Positions 7,869-17,398 of a stretch of DNA of 64,000 nt are shown here, piece after piece. How positions within the stretch are numbered: position 1 is the stretch's first letter; every line of letters begins with the position of its first letter. The notes below the pieces were generated by a model. The model worked only from the letters and a program-made list of their open reading frames with translations. It was not told the origin of the DNA and did no database searches. This DNA is from an uncultured virus (IMG/VR IMGVR_UViG_3300047157_000146) (lineage: Duplodnaviria; Heunggongvirae; Uroviricota; Caudoviricetes), in the IMG/VR virus record IMGVR_UViG_3300047157_000146; one strand, given 5' to 3'. The position numbers and the translations under genes were made by a program.

Positions 7869-10318
7869 TGGGATTTAAAGAAGACTTAGAGCAAGCATTT
7901 GCGAATAAAAAAAATACTGCTTTTCAAAAGGCAAATCTAAATCCTTCTCCTAGGAAAGTCATAAAAAGAATAGTGAATAATCTGTTTAATGAGTTAAAAA
8001 TAAAATATAGAGAAGAAGATTCCGTTGCCGGAGCAACTGAGATGAAAGATGCTGAAAGAGCAGTATTTAGGTCTGCATACAAAGAATACAAGCAATTGGA
8101 GCAACAAAACTATGATGATTTAGTTCCAGAAATTGTAACGCAAGGTAAAGATAGAGGTAAAGTTGTTGATGAAGAAGTTAGGGAAGAAGATGAGAACCTT
8201 CGCATCAATAAAATATTATCTAGAATATTTAGAAACATTACAATTAGAGGAAAGGCCATTACTTTAGAGGTTCTCAATGAAACTTTTTCCAAGGAAGATA
8301 TTTCCATAAAAAATTCATATCGAGGAAGAGAACCATCTTATTCTTCGGATAGAGTTAGAGAAAAAATAACAGAGGACGATACCTTAGATTTAGAAAAGGT
8401 AATGCCACTTTTAGAAAAAGTATTTGAAGGGATAGACAGGTATTATGATGAAGGTTCAGTTGACGGAGATATAATTTCAATAGACATAAAAGATGATGTG
8501 GCTTCATTTATTGGAAACGAACCTTACATCAAACCAAGCAAAAGAAAAGCAATTTATTCTTCTTGGAAATCGGTAGCGGCAAAGCACAAAGATGTGTATG
8601 AATCAGTTAAGGCACTAAAAAAGGCACTTGGTTCTAATTCTAAATCTGCAAAACTAAACTCAGCAAATGAAATTTTTAACAACAGTGGTCAATATGTTGT
8701 AGAATTTAAATCGGCTAAAGTAAAAGAACAAAAGGCGAGTTCTGCAATTTTTACTCTAATTGAAAGGCTAGAGGCTGGTAAAATAGCAATAGAAGAAGAG
8801 GGTATTGGTGTTGATGGAGATTCTAATTACTACACTGAGATTCTTGAAACTGAGGTTCTTGATTCAAGAACTGTTAAAGAAATCAATAACTTAGCATCAA
8901 AAAACATGGACCCATTGGGATACAGTTATTTGACTAAATACACTCATGGTATTCTAACCGATGCAACTGAATTAGATGAACTATCGGAACTAGCCGAGGC
9001 CGCCAAAGAGTTATATGGATTTGATTCCGAACAAGAAGTACAAGAATTACAGAATGCGTTGGATAAAATGGGACAAATAAAGCCGGTTTCGGGCAAGTAT
9101 TTTTTACCTATACAGATTACTTTGGACGGAAATATTTCTAGGCTATTTGGACCTACATTAGAGGCAGAAGAAATAATAGAAGATGAAATGACAGGTAATA
9201 TTATCACTAGAGAAAAAAATCCTACAAAAATTTCCGGAGTAATAAAGTCACTACTTTCAGCACTAGAAGATATTTTGATGGAACAGAAAATGACTACTGG
9301 ACAGACTGTTGTGGCCTCAAGAGGAGGACAATCGGGTATTACGGGCAAAAGAGGCTATGTAGATGATAGTTACATATCTTCATACCCTTCTGTAAAGGGT
9401 AAACCTAAAAAATTCGATGCTGAGATAGAAGGTAAAATTAAGGATGTCCTATCTGCTCTAGATGAATATTTATACAAACCTCTTCTAAATCCGGCTATGA
9501 CATTAGACTTAGATTTTAGAATTAAAGGTTTTTCTTCCTTCAAATCTATTAGAACTATGAGTTCTAGTGATTTTTCTAGAGCATACAACACACTAACTAA
9601 CAACGCCAACAGTAGAAGAGGTCGCTTGTTTAGAAATGACGATTTAAAAAACATTAGAGGCTTTTTAAAATCCATCAATACTCCTAATATAGATGTCAAT
9701 AATGTAATAGAAGAGGCTAATAAATTGACTTTCACAATAAAGAGGTTGTTTAGAGATAGACAAGTAATGAAACAATACAAAGAAGAAATGGCGGCATTCA
9801 TAGGTATTTTAAATCTTAGAAGCGACAAACAAACTAGAGAGATGAAGTTTCAAGGAATTACCATACCCTCTACTACAGAAGAAGCAATGGGAGATGAAAC
9901 TAGACCGTCTAGGGCTAGAATAGAAGCAACTAGCCTTACAGTTATGGCCACACTTAAGGAGTTTTTATTAGATGAAGCAAACCAAACTCAAATAAGTTCC
10001 AAAGGTTCAGTGACTGCTAAGGAAATTAAAACGATATTGAATGAATTAAGAAAGTCCGATATGGAAGAAAAAATCTTGGAGATACATGACTCTCTTAGAA
10101 TACTCAAGGGCTTGCCTGTTTATTATGGGCAGGGTTCTATATCTTCCATTGATGATATGGATTCAATCATTACCTCTTCTAGAGAAAAGTTCAACCTAGA
10201 TTTAACCTCGATGGATGTTGTAAAGATGGTTGAAGAGGTGGATTCCTTCTCTAATATTTCATCGAATGTTGGCGTTTCCGAAGAAGTAGTTTATTTTGTC
10301 AAGGCTAATTTTAGGTGA
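7868..10318 (+). CDS. Large charged hypothetical protein (816 aa) with small C-terminal HTH-like domain
   Basis: Long ORF; C-terminal SFSNISSNVGVSEEVVYFVKANFR is HTH-like. Confidence 0.55.
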   Translation: MGFKEDLEQAFANKKNTAFQKANLNPSPRKVIKRIVNNLFNELKIKYREEDSVAGATEMKDAERAVFRSAYKEYKQLEQQNYDDLVPEIVTQGKDRGKVVDEEVREEDENLRINKILSRIFRNITIRGKAITLEVLNETFSKEDISIKNSYRGREPSYSSDRVREKITEDDTLDLEKVMPLLEKVFEGIDRYYDEGSVDGDIISIDIKDDVASFIGNEPYIKPSKRKAIYSSWKSVAAKHKDVYESVKALKKALGSNSKSAKLNSANEIFNNSGQYVVEFKSAKVKEQKASSAIFTLIERLEAGKIAIEEEGIGVDGDSNYYTEILETEVLDSRTVKEINNLASKNMDPLGYSYLTKYTHGILTDATELDELSELAEAAKELYGFDSEQEVQELQNALDKMGQIKPVSGKYFLPIQITLDGNISRLFGPTLEAEEIIEDEMTGNIITREKNPTKISGVIKSLLSALEDILMEQKMTTGQTVVASRGGQSGITGKRGYVDDSYISSYPSVKGKPKKFDAEIEGKIKDVLSALDEYLYKPLLNPAMTLDLDFRIKGFSSFKSIRTMSSSDFSRAYNTLTNNANSRRGRLFRNDDLKNIRGFLKSINTPNIDVNNVIEEANKLTFTIKRLFRDRQVMKQYKEEMAAFIGILNLRSDKQTREMKFQGITIPSTTEEAMGDETRPSRARIEATSLTVMATLKEFLLDEANQTQISSKGSVTAKEIKTILNELRKSDMEEKILEIHDSLRILKGLPVYYGQGSISSIDDMDSIITSSREKFNLDLTSMDVVKMVEEVDSFSNISSNVGVSEEVVYFVKANFR

Positions 10319-10323
10319 TTAAC

Positions 10324-10677
10324 ATGAGTTGGAAAGAGATATTAAAGTTTGAAACTAAAAAAACTCTACTACAACGATATGAAGATTTAAAAATAGTAAT
10401 TATTGAAGGAATTGAAAAATTCGGTGGGACTTTTGGAAGTGAAGAAGAACCAAAAACTATAGCAGGTAGGCTCGCCTCGATTAAAAAAATACTAGATGAA
10501 GAAGATTATGAGGGGACAAAAGATGAATTATTTTCCCAAATGTATAAGCATATTTCAAAATTAGAAGATAAATTTTATTATTGGTCCATTGATGAGAGTA
10601 TTGACCTTAGACAGTCGCTAGCCAATTTATTTTTGGCGTATAAAAGAAAAATTATCTTCATAAAAGAACAGGAATGA
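10324..10677 (+). CDS. Hypothetical with MSWKEILK leader
   Basis: AGGTGA RBS, ATG 10324, shared leader. Confidence 0.65.
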   Translation: MSWKEILKFETKKTLLQRYEDLKIVIIEGIEKFGGTFGSEEEPKTIAGRLASIKKILDEEDYEGTKDELFSQMYKHISKLEDKFYYWSIDESIDLRQSLANLFLAYKRKIIFIKEQE

Positions 10678-12107
10678 TTGATTTTATGGAAATAAATAGT
10701 CTAAACTTAGAACGACAAATGGACTTAGAATTATCTAAGAATTCATTTCCTTATTTCTTTGAAAATGTTCTAGGTTGGGATTTCGCAAAGCACCAACAAG
10801 AATGGCTTGAGTTAATGGGGCAAACCCAAAGAACAGTAATCATTTGTAGTCGGGGTCACGGAAAGTCTGTCTTCATGCACTCATGGGTTGTTTGGAATTT
10901 AATATTTAGACCACCCCCATATCAAATGCTTTACATTTCATCTAACCAAAAGCAGACAATGGTTCACATGAGGGACATTGACAAGGTATTCAATAACCCT
11001 ACAATTAAGCATTTTAAACCTGCTAAGGGTTGGGCTATTGGGAATATTACCCTCACTAATGGTAATCAAATTCTTGAGCGTTCTGTTGGTTCACAGATTC
11101 GTGGTCTTCACCCTCAAGAGATTATTATTGACGACCCTTTGAAAGAGTTTAGTTTAACCGCAATCCAAAAGGTTACTGATTGGTTTTATGGTGACATGAT
11201 TCCTACTCTTCATCACTCCGCTTCTCTTCGAGTTATTGGAACCCCTTTTAGTTACACAGATATTTACACTCAACTAGAAGAGAACGAAGCCTACACAGTT
11301 AGAAAATACCCCTGTTTTAACTCTCTTAATGAACCCCTTTGGCCTAACCGTTGGGACTATGATGCTCTCATGGCTAGGAAGGCAGAAATAGGTTCTCTTA
11401 AATTCACAAGAGAATATCTTTGTGTTCCAGTATCTACAGGTACTTCCCTATTCAATCCTGAATATCTAGAGAGGGCTAAGGATAAAAATTTGGTGTTGAA
11501 GCCCACTCGTAGAGAGGGATACAAATACTATGTCGGTATTGACCCCGCTATTTCTACAGATGGCGACTACAATGTAATCACGGTATTAGAAGTAGATGAG
11601 AACGATAACAAAAATGTTGTTTATGTTGACAGGGCCAAGAATGTAGAATTTAGAGATAACTTACAGAAGGTTAGACTCATAGGAAAAATATTCCAACCCG
11701 AAGTAATTCTGTTTGAAACCAATGTATTCGCTAAATCATTTACGCAGGAACTTAGAAATATTTCCGATTTAAATGTCCATGATTTTAATACTACTAGAAA
11801 GAAGAAGCAAGATATTATTTTGAATCTACAGATGAACTTTGAGAATGAAAAGATACATCTACCTTATGCTAATGAAGAAAGTAGAAGAGTTACTTCTGCT
11901 TTAATTGAAGAACTTTCTATGTTTTCTATTACCTCCAAGGGTAAGTTTGAGGGAGTTGGAGCGCACGACGATATGGTAATGAGTTTAGCATTGGCTAATG
12001 CTGCTACTAAGACCATCAGTGAAAACTTCTTATTGTTAGATGATTTGGGGATATTTGATGCGCCTATGAATAATAGGGGCATGGGTATAATGGGATTAAA
12101 CTTTTGA
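10674..12107 (+). CDS. terL: Terminase large subunit
   Basis: Walker A SRGHGKS, Walker B IIIDD, coupling motif GTP, nuclease GIDPA and HDDMVMS. Confidence 0.95.
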   Translation: MIDFMEINSLNLERQMDLELSKNSFPYFFENVLGWDFAKHQQEWLELMGQTQRTVIICSRGHGKSVFMHSWVVWNLIFRPPPYQMLYISSNQKQTMVHMRDIDKVFNNPTIKHFKPAKGWAIGNITLTNGNQILERSVGSQIRGLHPQEIIIDDPLKEFSLTAIQKVTDWFYGDMIPTLHHSASLRVIGTPFSYTDIYTQLEENEAYTVRKYPCFNSLNEPLWPNRWDYDALMARKAEIGSLKFTREYLCVPVSTGTSLFNPEYLERAKDKNLVLKPTRREGYKYYVGIDPAISTDGDYNVITVLEVDENDNKNVVYVDRAKNVEFRDNLQKVRLIGKIFQPEVILFETNVFAKSFTQELRNISDLNVHDFNTTRKKKQDIILNLQMNFENEKIHLPYANEESRRVTSALIEELSMFSITSKGKFEGVGAHDDMVMSLALANAATKTISENFLLLDDLGIFDAPMNNRGMGIMGLNF

Positions 12108-12116
12108 GGGAAAATT

Positions 12117-13733
12117 ATGCCAACACCGGACGAACTGAGAGAGGCTAGTACTAGATTAGAACAAGTCGCCGTTTTAGAAGAAGAAGCGGAGAAGGATTTA
12201 GAGGAGGCTAAGAACTTACTAGGCGATGAGATTGCTCTTAGTCTATCGAATGAATTTTCTATTTTCTCAGAACACGAATTGGTTTCTAAAATTTCTACAG
12301 AATTCAAACTCAACGCTTCTCAAGCAAAAAAGCACATTGAATCATTTCCTAAGAAACAGATGTATTATGGAGAAGAAGTTCCAGATATAGTTAAGACTCT
12401 AAGAAAACAGCGTAGGAGTCTAAAGGGAGAATCTAGAGATAGAATGACCAAGAGTATAGATGCTATAATTGATGGATACTCCGAACATATTACAAAATGT
12501 GTCAAGAGTATTTATTGGTTAAATCCATATCAACAACCTTTTATGAAAATGAAGTTTGATGAGAATGACCTTCTAAAGTTACACAGTATGAAAGAAGCAT
12601 CTCAAAGAAGGAAAGTCATCGACTCAATATGCAAATATTGGGAAGCAGAATTAGATTTGAAAGATACTAGTTATGGAAAGCAATACTCATTGCTATCTAA
12701 AGAAATGAATTTGGCTAAGAGGGAGTTTAGGAAGCACATCAAAGAGGTATCATCTTCTTCTCTTAAGAAATCAATTAAGGAAGAAACTAGAGAGTATATC
12801 GTAAAGCAAGTCAAAGATAATCAAGGAATATCTGCGAGGGAACTACATGATAGGATGCCTTCTAAATTATACGATAGAAATTCATGGCACTCTATTTCTA
12901 AGATGGCTAAGTCTTTAGAAGTCACTTCCGTTTCGGGAAGATACTTCTCTTTAGATTCGGAAATAAAAAAGAATGTTTGGGCTTATACTGCCGCATTTAT
13001 TGACTCGGATGGCTACATTACTATGGATAGAAATCATAACCCTAGAGTTGGACTAGTAGCCACAGGAGATAGAGGTAAGGCGTTTATGACTGAAATACAC
13101 AAGGCATTGGGAGGTATTGGTAAATTACACTTAGACCAAAAATCTCCACAAGACACACGACCAGTCAATAGACTAAACTTCTATTCTCAAAGTGATGTTA
13201 CAGAATTATTAACCAAGTGTTTGCCTCACTTTAGAATGAAGAAGGGGAATGCTAATCTTCTATTGGAACTTATTAGAATGAAGAAATCTTACAAGAAAGC
13301 AGAATGGTACAAAACCCGTTGTAATGAAATTTTCAAGTTAATGAAATGGGAGAATCACAAAGACCATGTGGGTTTTGATTTTGCTAAGGAAGGCATCTAT
13401 GTAGACGACATTTCAAAATACCAAGACAATTGTAAAATGTCTGTTATGGATGAAATGGAAAACATTGGTGGAATCATTGCTAAGAAAGAATTTGGAGATA
13501 CTTCATTCAAAGTCTATTATAACAAGGTTAAACGCATATTAAAACAGACTACTATGGACAAGGAAGACGAGGACATTATCATGTCTTTTTTAGATGCTGG
13601 TATGAAAGACGAAGAAAGCAGTGAAGACGAAATGACAATGATTAGTTCTGGTTTTGCTAAAAACAAAATTGAAGAAATTTTGACTAAGTATGGCAAAAAC
13701 GAAAAGCAACTATTTAGAAGAGAGAATGCTTAG
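12117..13733 (+). CDS. Protein with LAGLIDADG endonuclease-like domain and long N-terminal helical/wHTH region
   Basis: YTAAFIDSDGYI motif, then typical LPHFRMKK..A..LLE segment; ISARELHDRM wHTH-like. Confidence 0.7.
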   Translation: MPTPDELREASTRLEQVAVLEEEAEKDLEEAKNLLGDEIALSLSNEFSIFSEHELVSKISTEFKLNASQAKKHIESFPKKQMYYGEEVPDIVKTLRKQRRSLKGESRDRMTKSIDAIIDGYSEHITKCVKSIYWLNPYQQPFMKMKFDENDLLKLHSMKEASQRRKVIDSICKYWEAELDLKDTSYGKQYSLLSKEMNLAKREFRKHIKEVSSSSLKKSIKEETREYIVKQVKDNQGISARELHDRMPSKLYDRNSWHSISKMAKSLEVTSVSGRYFSLDSEIKKNVWAYTAAFIDSDGYITMDRNHNPRVGLVATGDRGKAFMTEIHKALGGIGKLHLDQKSPQDTRPVNRLNFYSQSDVTELLTKCLPHFRMKKGNANLLLELIRMKKSYKKAEWYKTRCNEIFKLMKWENHKDHVGFDFAKEGIYVDDISKYQDNCKMSVMDEMENIGGIIAKKEFGDTSFKVYYNKVKRILKQTTMDKEDEDIIMSFLDAGMKDEESSEDEMTMISSGFAKNKIEEILTKYGKNEKQLFRRENA

Positions 13734-13741
13734 GTGATTAT

Positions 13742-13861
13742 TTGGAATACTGTACCAAATGTTATACATGCGATGTTATAGATTTAAGACCATTTGGATA
13801 CTGCAAAGAATGTTGGGAGGTGAAAGGAAATGACTTGGCAAGAGATTCTCAAGAAAGATAG
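13742..13861 (+). CDS. 39-aa zinc-finger peptide (MEYCTKCYTC...YCKECW)
   Basis: Hand-translated; TTG start after AGGTGA; two CxxC motifs. Confidence 0.5.
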   Translation: MEYCTKCYTCDVIDLRPFGYCKECWEVKGNDLARDSQER

Positions 13862-14066
13862 TAGAAGCAAAAGGAAAGTCCCTAAGCATACCTACAAGGC
13901 CCCCAAAGGAGTCTATAGCAATCCCAGTCTTAGAGAGAAAATACACAGAAGACTATGGGCCAAGAAAACTCACGGTACTGGAAAATACAAATGGTCTGCT
14001 AGAAAATCTCAAGAGTTGAATAGACTTTACCAAAAGGAAGGTGGTGGCTTTGTCAACAAGAAGTAG
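13830..14066 (+). CDS. Small basic protein, DUF5872-like N-half, MTWQEILK leader
   Basis: YSNPSLREKI...KWSARKSQELNRLYQKEGGGF matches remembered family pattern. Confidence 0.6.
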   Translation: MTWQEILKKDSRSKRKVPKHTYKAPKGVYSNPSLREKIHRRLWAKKTHGTGKYKWSARKSQELNRLYQKEGGGFVNKK

Positions 14067-14313
14067 TTGGAAAGATGTTTTGAAGGCTTTAACAGAAGCA
14101 CAGAAAGACATGGTTGAGTGGAACAATCAAGATTGGGACAACCTTACTACAGAAGGTGGAAGGTATGGTCCTAAAACCGTAAGGGATTCCCTTACTCCCG
14201 AACAAAAAAGGCGAGAGAGTGCTAAGAAAAGAGCCGGTACTAGAAAAGGGAAACAACATGTTCCTAGAACAAAGGCTGGAAAGAAAGCCTACAAAAAAGT
14301 AGAAGGTAGATAA
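14050..14313 (+). CDS. Small basic protein, DUF5872-like C-half, SSWKDVLK leader
   Basis: QKDMVEWNNQDW...GRYGPK...LTPEQK...KKRAG..KGKQHVP; probable TTG start after GGTGG. Confidence 0.55.
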   Translation: MSTRSSWKDVLKALTEAQKDMVEWNNQDWDNLTTEGGRYGPKTVRDSLTPEQKRRESAKKRAGTRKGKQHVPRTKAGKKAYKKVEGR

Positions 14314-14314
14314 T

Positions 14315-14716
14315 ATGACTTGGAAAGACATACTAAAGGCACACTGCGGAACAGGAACAGAAAAGATGGGTAAGCCATGCAACTGTGAAGAATGTGTAAA
14401 TAAGAAATTGACACCTAAACAAAGTAAGCATTTAGATAGAAACAAAGACGGTAGAATTAGCCGTGAAGATTTTGATTTGTTAAATAAAGAAGTAAAGACT
14501 GATAAGCAAATAGAAAAAGAAATACTTGCTGAAATTGAAAAACAAGGTGGTGCTTTGGGTATGAAAAATCTCAAAAGTATTACTGACCGTAAAAATCTCA
14601 TAAGGGTTCTTAACGCTTTAGTTAGAAGAGGAACTGTTATTCATCATAAACATGGAGATTTATACACACATGAACCAAAAAAAAGCAGTAAAAGAAGGGG
14701 GCCATTTACTGCATGA
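14315..14716 (+). CDS. Basic protein with EF-hand-like loop and wHTH, MTWKDILK leader
   Basis: LDRNKDGRISREDF (DxDxDG-type loop), CNCEEC, C-terminal wHTH-like segment. Confidence 0.6.
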   Translation: MTWKDILKAHCGTGTEKMGKPCNCEECVNKKLTPKQSKHLDRNKDGRISREDFDLLNKEVKTDKQIEKEILAEIEKQGGALGMKNLKSITDRKNLIRVLNALVRRGTVIHHKHGDLYTHEPKKSSKRRGPFTA

Positions 14717-15471
14717 GTTGGCATATCATTCTAAAGAATCTAGTTTGTCCAAGAGCAACTCAAGATTTGAAACTCAATACTAAGAATAGGGATAGGGCAG
14801 TAAAAGAAAAGCACATCCAATACGGTCCTCTCAATCTAAGCGACGAAAAGTATTGGGAAGAATACGCTAAGAAGTGGAATACTACTGCTGATGTTGCTAA
14901 GGAATCTAATTGTAGTAATTGCATTGCATTTGACATATCTCCAAGAATGGATGAGTGTATGCCACTAAATACAGATGAAGACGGTCGATTAGGCTACTGT
15001 TGGATGCACGATTTCAAATGTCATTCTGCAAGAACTTGCTACACTTGGGCTAAGGGCGGTCCAATTGATGATGATAAGACTTCTAAAGAAAACCAACTGA
15101 GGGGAGAGAGAATGAGTTGGGAAGATATTTTGCTGAAAAGAAAACCTAAATCCGGACCAAGAGAAGCGGCCCGTAAAAGAATGAAGGCTAAAGGATTAAG
15201 GGCTTTTAATTCTCCACAAAGGCTAAATGACAATTCTGACAAGTCACATCATGTTATGGCTTCCGAAGGTGGAAAATACAAATATATTAAATTTGGACAA
15301 AAGGGAGTCAAGACAAATCAAACGGCTGGACAACGAAAAGCCTTCAAATCACGACATAAGAAGAACATCAAGCGGGGTAAAATGTCTGCCGCTTATTGGG
15401 CTGATAAAGTAAAGTGGAGTCCTAGTAAAACCAAAGAAAAGAAAAACAAGAAGTGGCGTAAGGGTTCTTGA
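14713..15471 (+). CDS. Two-domain protein: Cys-rich domain plus basic SAAYWADKVKW domain, each with its own MSW leader
   Basis: MSWHIILK at 14713; in-frame MSWEDILLK at 15112 with GGAGAG RBS. Confidence 0.65.
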   Translation: MSWHIILKNLVCPRATQDLKLNTKNRDRAVKEKHIQYGPLNLSDEKYWEEYAKKWNTTADVAKESNCSNCIAFDISPRMDECMPLNTDEDGRLGYCWMHDFKCHSARTCYTWAKGGPIDDDKTSKENQLRGERMSWEDILLKRKPKSGPREAARKRMKAKGLRAFNSPQRLNDNSDKSHHVMASEGGKYKYIKFGQKGVKTNQTAGQRKAFKSRHKKNIKRGKMSAAYWADKVKWSPSKTKEKKNKKWRKGS

Positions 15472-15487
15472 TATTGAGATACGGTTA

Positions 15488-15495
15488 TTAAATAG
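15488..15495 (+). promoter_or_regulatory. Putative archaeal TATA box (TTAAATAG) upstream of portal
   Basis: 39 nt before ATG 15527; same octamer at 22666, 37 nt before protease ATG. Confidence 0.45.
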
Positions 15496-15526
15496 GCCAA
15501 TAAACAAAGAATGAGGGGGAGTTCAT

Positions 15527-17174
15527 ATGGCGGAAAAGCGAAGGTTTGGCATTAGTGGATTGTTTAGAAGGTCTACACCTAAGCCAGCAGACCGCAGGGT
15601 GTATAACATTGGGATACAGGAAAGAGAACAGTCGTATATGATGACGGCTCCAATGGTCTACAACATAACTCAACAATCTGTTATTGTCCGTACTTGTATA
15701 ACTCAATTGAAGCAAGAAATTTTCCGAAGAGGCTACATTTGGGAGAAGGCTTACGAGGCTAGATGTAATGCTTGTCAAAAGACTCATCAAAGACCTGTCA
15801 GTGAATGTGCTAGATGTGGCTCTGCTGATTTAGTGAAGCCCGACCCTAAGCAATTAGAATATGCGGAGAAGTTCATTGAAGGATATGTTAACAAGTCCGA
15901 ACAACTATTTATTGATGTTTAAAAGAATTAGAAGACGACCTAAATATTATGGACGATGCTTATATTGTTCTTGTTAAAGAATATTACTTAGATGGTAATG
16001 GTAAAATTCGAATGCACAGAATCAAAGAATTATTCGAGGCGACCCTGTGACTATGTTTATTTACGCTGATGAATTGGGAGTTAGAGGAACTAAAGGATTT
16101 ACTTGTATTAATCATAGAAGCGTATGTTGGCTACAAGAACCACATGAAAATGTACTGACTTGTGGGGGAGTACTTCACCCTGTTCATTATGTCAATAGAG
16201 CAAATGGAGAAGACCAATTCTACATTGAAGGAGAAGTGCTACACTTTAGTAAGTACAGTCCTAGTAGGCTTTATGGACACTCTCCTGTTATGACACTATT
16301 CAATCACATTATGACTCTAATTGCTATGGAAAATTATGTTAATTCTTCTTACACTAAGAGCAGAATGCCTAGAGGTTTGTTAGCAGTTCAAACTAGAAAC
16401 ATGGATTCAATGAGAGCCTTTTGGAGAGGGGTTAAAGAGAAGAATGGAAGCAAGACCCTCACTTTATTCCTGTTATGGGAATAGAAGCCGAAAACGGAAA
16501 GGGTGCAGTTGAATGGATTAAGTTCATGGACAGTCTTAAAGAAATGGAATATACATTTCAGTTAAGGATGATTTAAGAGATAGGATTTCTGCTTTCTATG
16601 GTGTTAGTAAAGTCTTCATGGCTGATAATACTACAAGTGGAGGATTAAACAATGAAGGTATGCAAATTCTTGTGACTAATCGTGCTGTTCAAATGGCACA
16701 AAATGTTTATAATAATTATGTTTTCCCATTCCTAACAAAGCAATTTGGCATAACTGATTGGAATTGAAACTACCTCCATCGGAAGAAGAAGATGAAATTG
16801 CAGGTCTTCGTAAAAGAGAAATAGAAGTTAATATTGCGGCTTCTGTTAAGAACTTAGGATTTGAAGTTGATATGGATGAAGATGGTAATTTTACCTTCAA
16901 TAAGCCGGAGCCTAAAGAGGAGCCTCCTCAAGAAGGAGAAGAGACTAAAGCACAATCCGGTATGGGTGGTTTAGCAGGGTCTAACTTCGACCAAAGAGAT
17001 ATTGATGAGATGAATAGAGAAATGTTAGAGGGAGGAAGTAAGCCTCAAGAGAATCCCGCTACCACAAGAAATAAACCATCCATGAGCGTAGGCCCCGATA
17101 AGCGAATGACTGGATTGCCTACGGATGCTGGAAATCAAAATGTAGATAGAAGAAGTGAAAGGAGAATACCATAA
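15527..17174 (+). CDS. Portal protein with zinc-ribbon insertion(s); broken by several indels (probably assembly errors)
   Basis: Fragments 15527-15922, 16047-16484, 16758-17174; VLHFSKYSPSRLYGHSP, MPRGLL and ISAFYGV segments typical of HK97-type portals; position after TerL. Confidence 0.8.
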
Positions 17175-17398
17175 TGACAGAAGACATAGCACAAAAAGAA
17201 AGAAGACTAGCAAAGGAATTAGCACAGGTCCGTTCTCAACGAGCCGCAGATGATAGAACTACTAAGAAATCTAGGGACTATTCTGTAGGGGGACTACCGC
17301 CCGATACTACACACCGCCCTACTAGAAGTAGTGCTGATACCCCCGATGTAGTTCAACTACCTGCTAAGAAAAGAAGAAGGACAGAAAACAAGTGGTGA
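17174..17398 (+). CDS. Small basic hypothetical protein
   Basis: Translationally coupled ORF. Confidence 0.5.
   Translation: MTEDIAQKERRLAKELAQVRSQRAADDRTTKKSRDYSVGGLPPDTTHRPTRSSADTPDVVQLPAKKRRRTENKW

Noticed and set aside
15900..16800. Portal pseudogene or split portal
   Set aside because: Portal is essential and the breaks are multiple single-base indels in one patch; most likely assembly error
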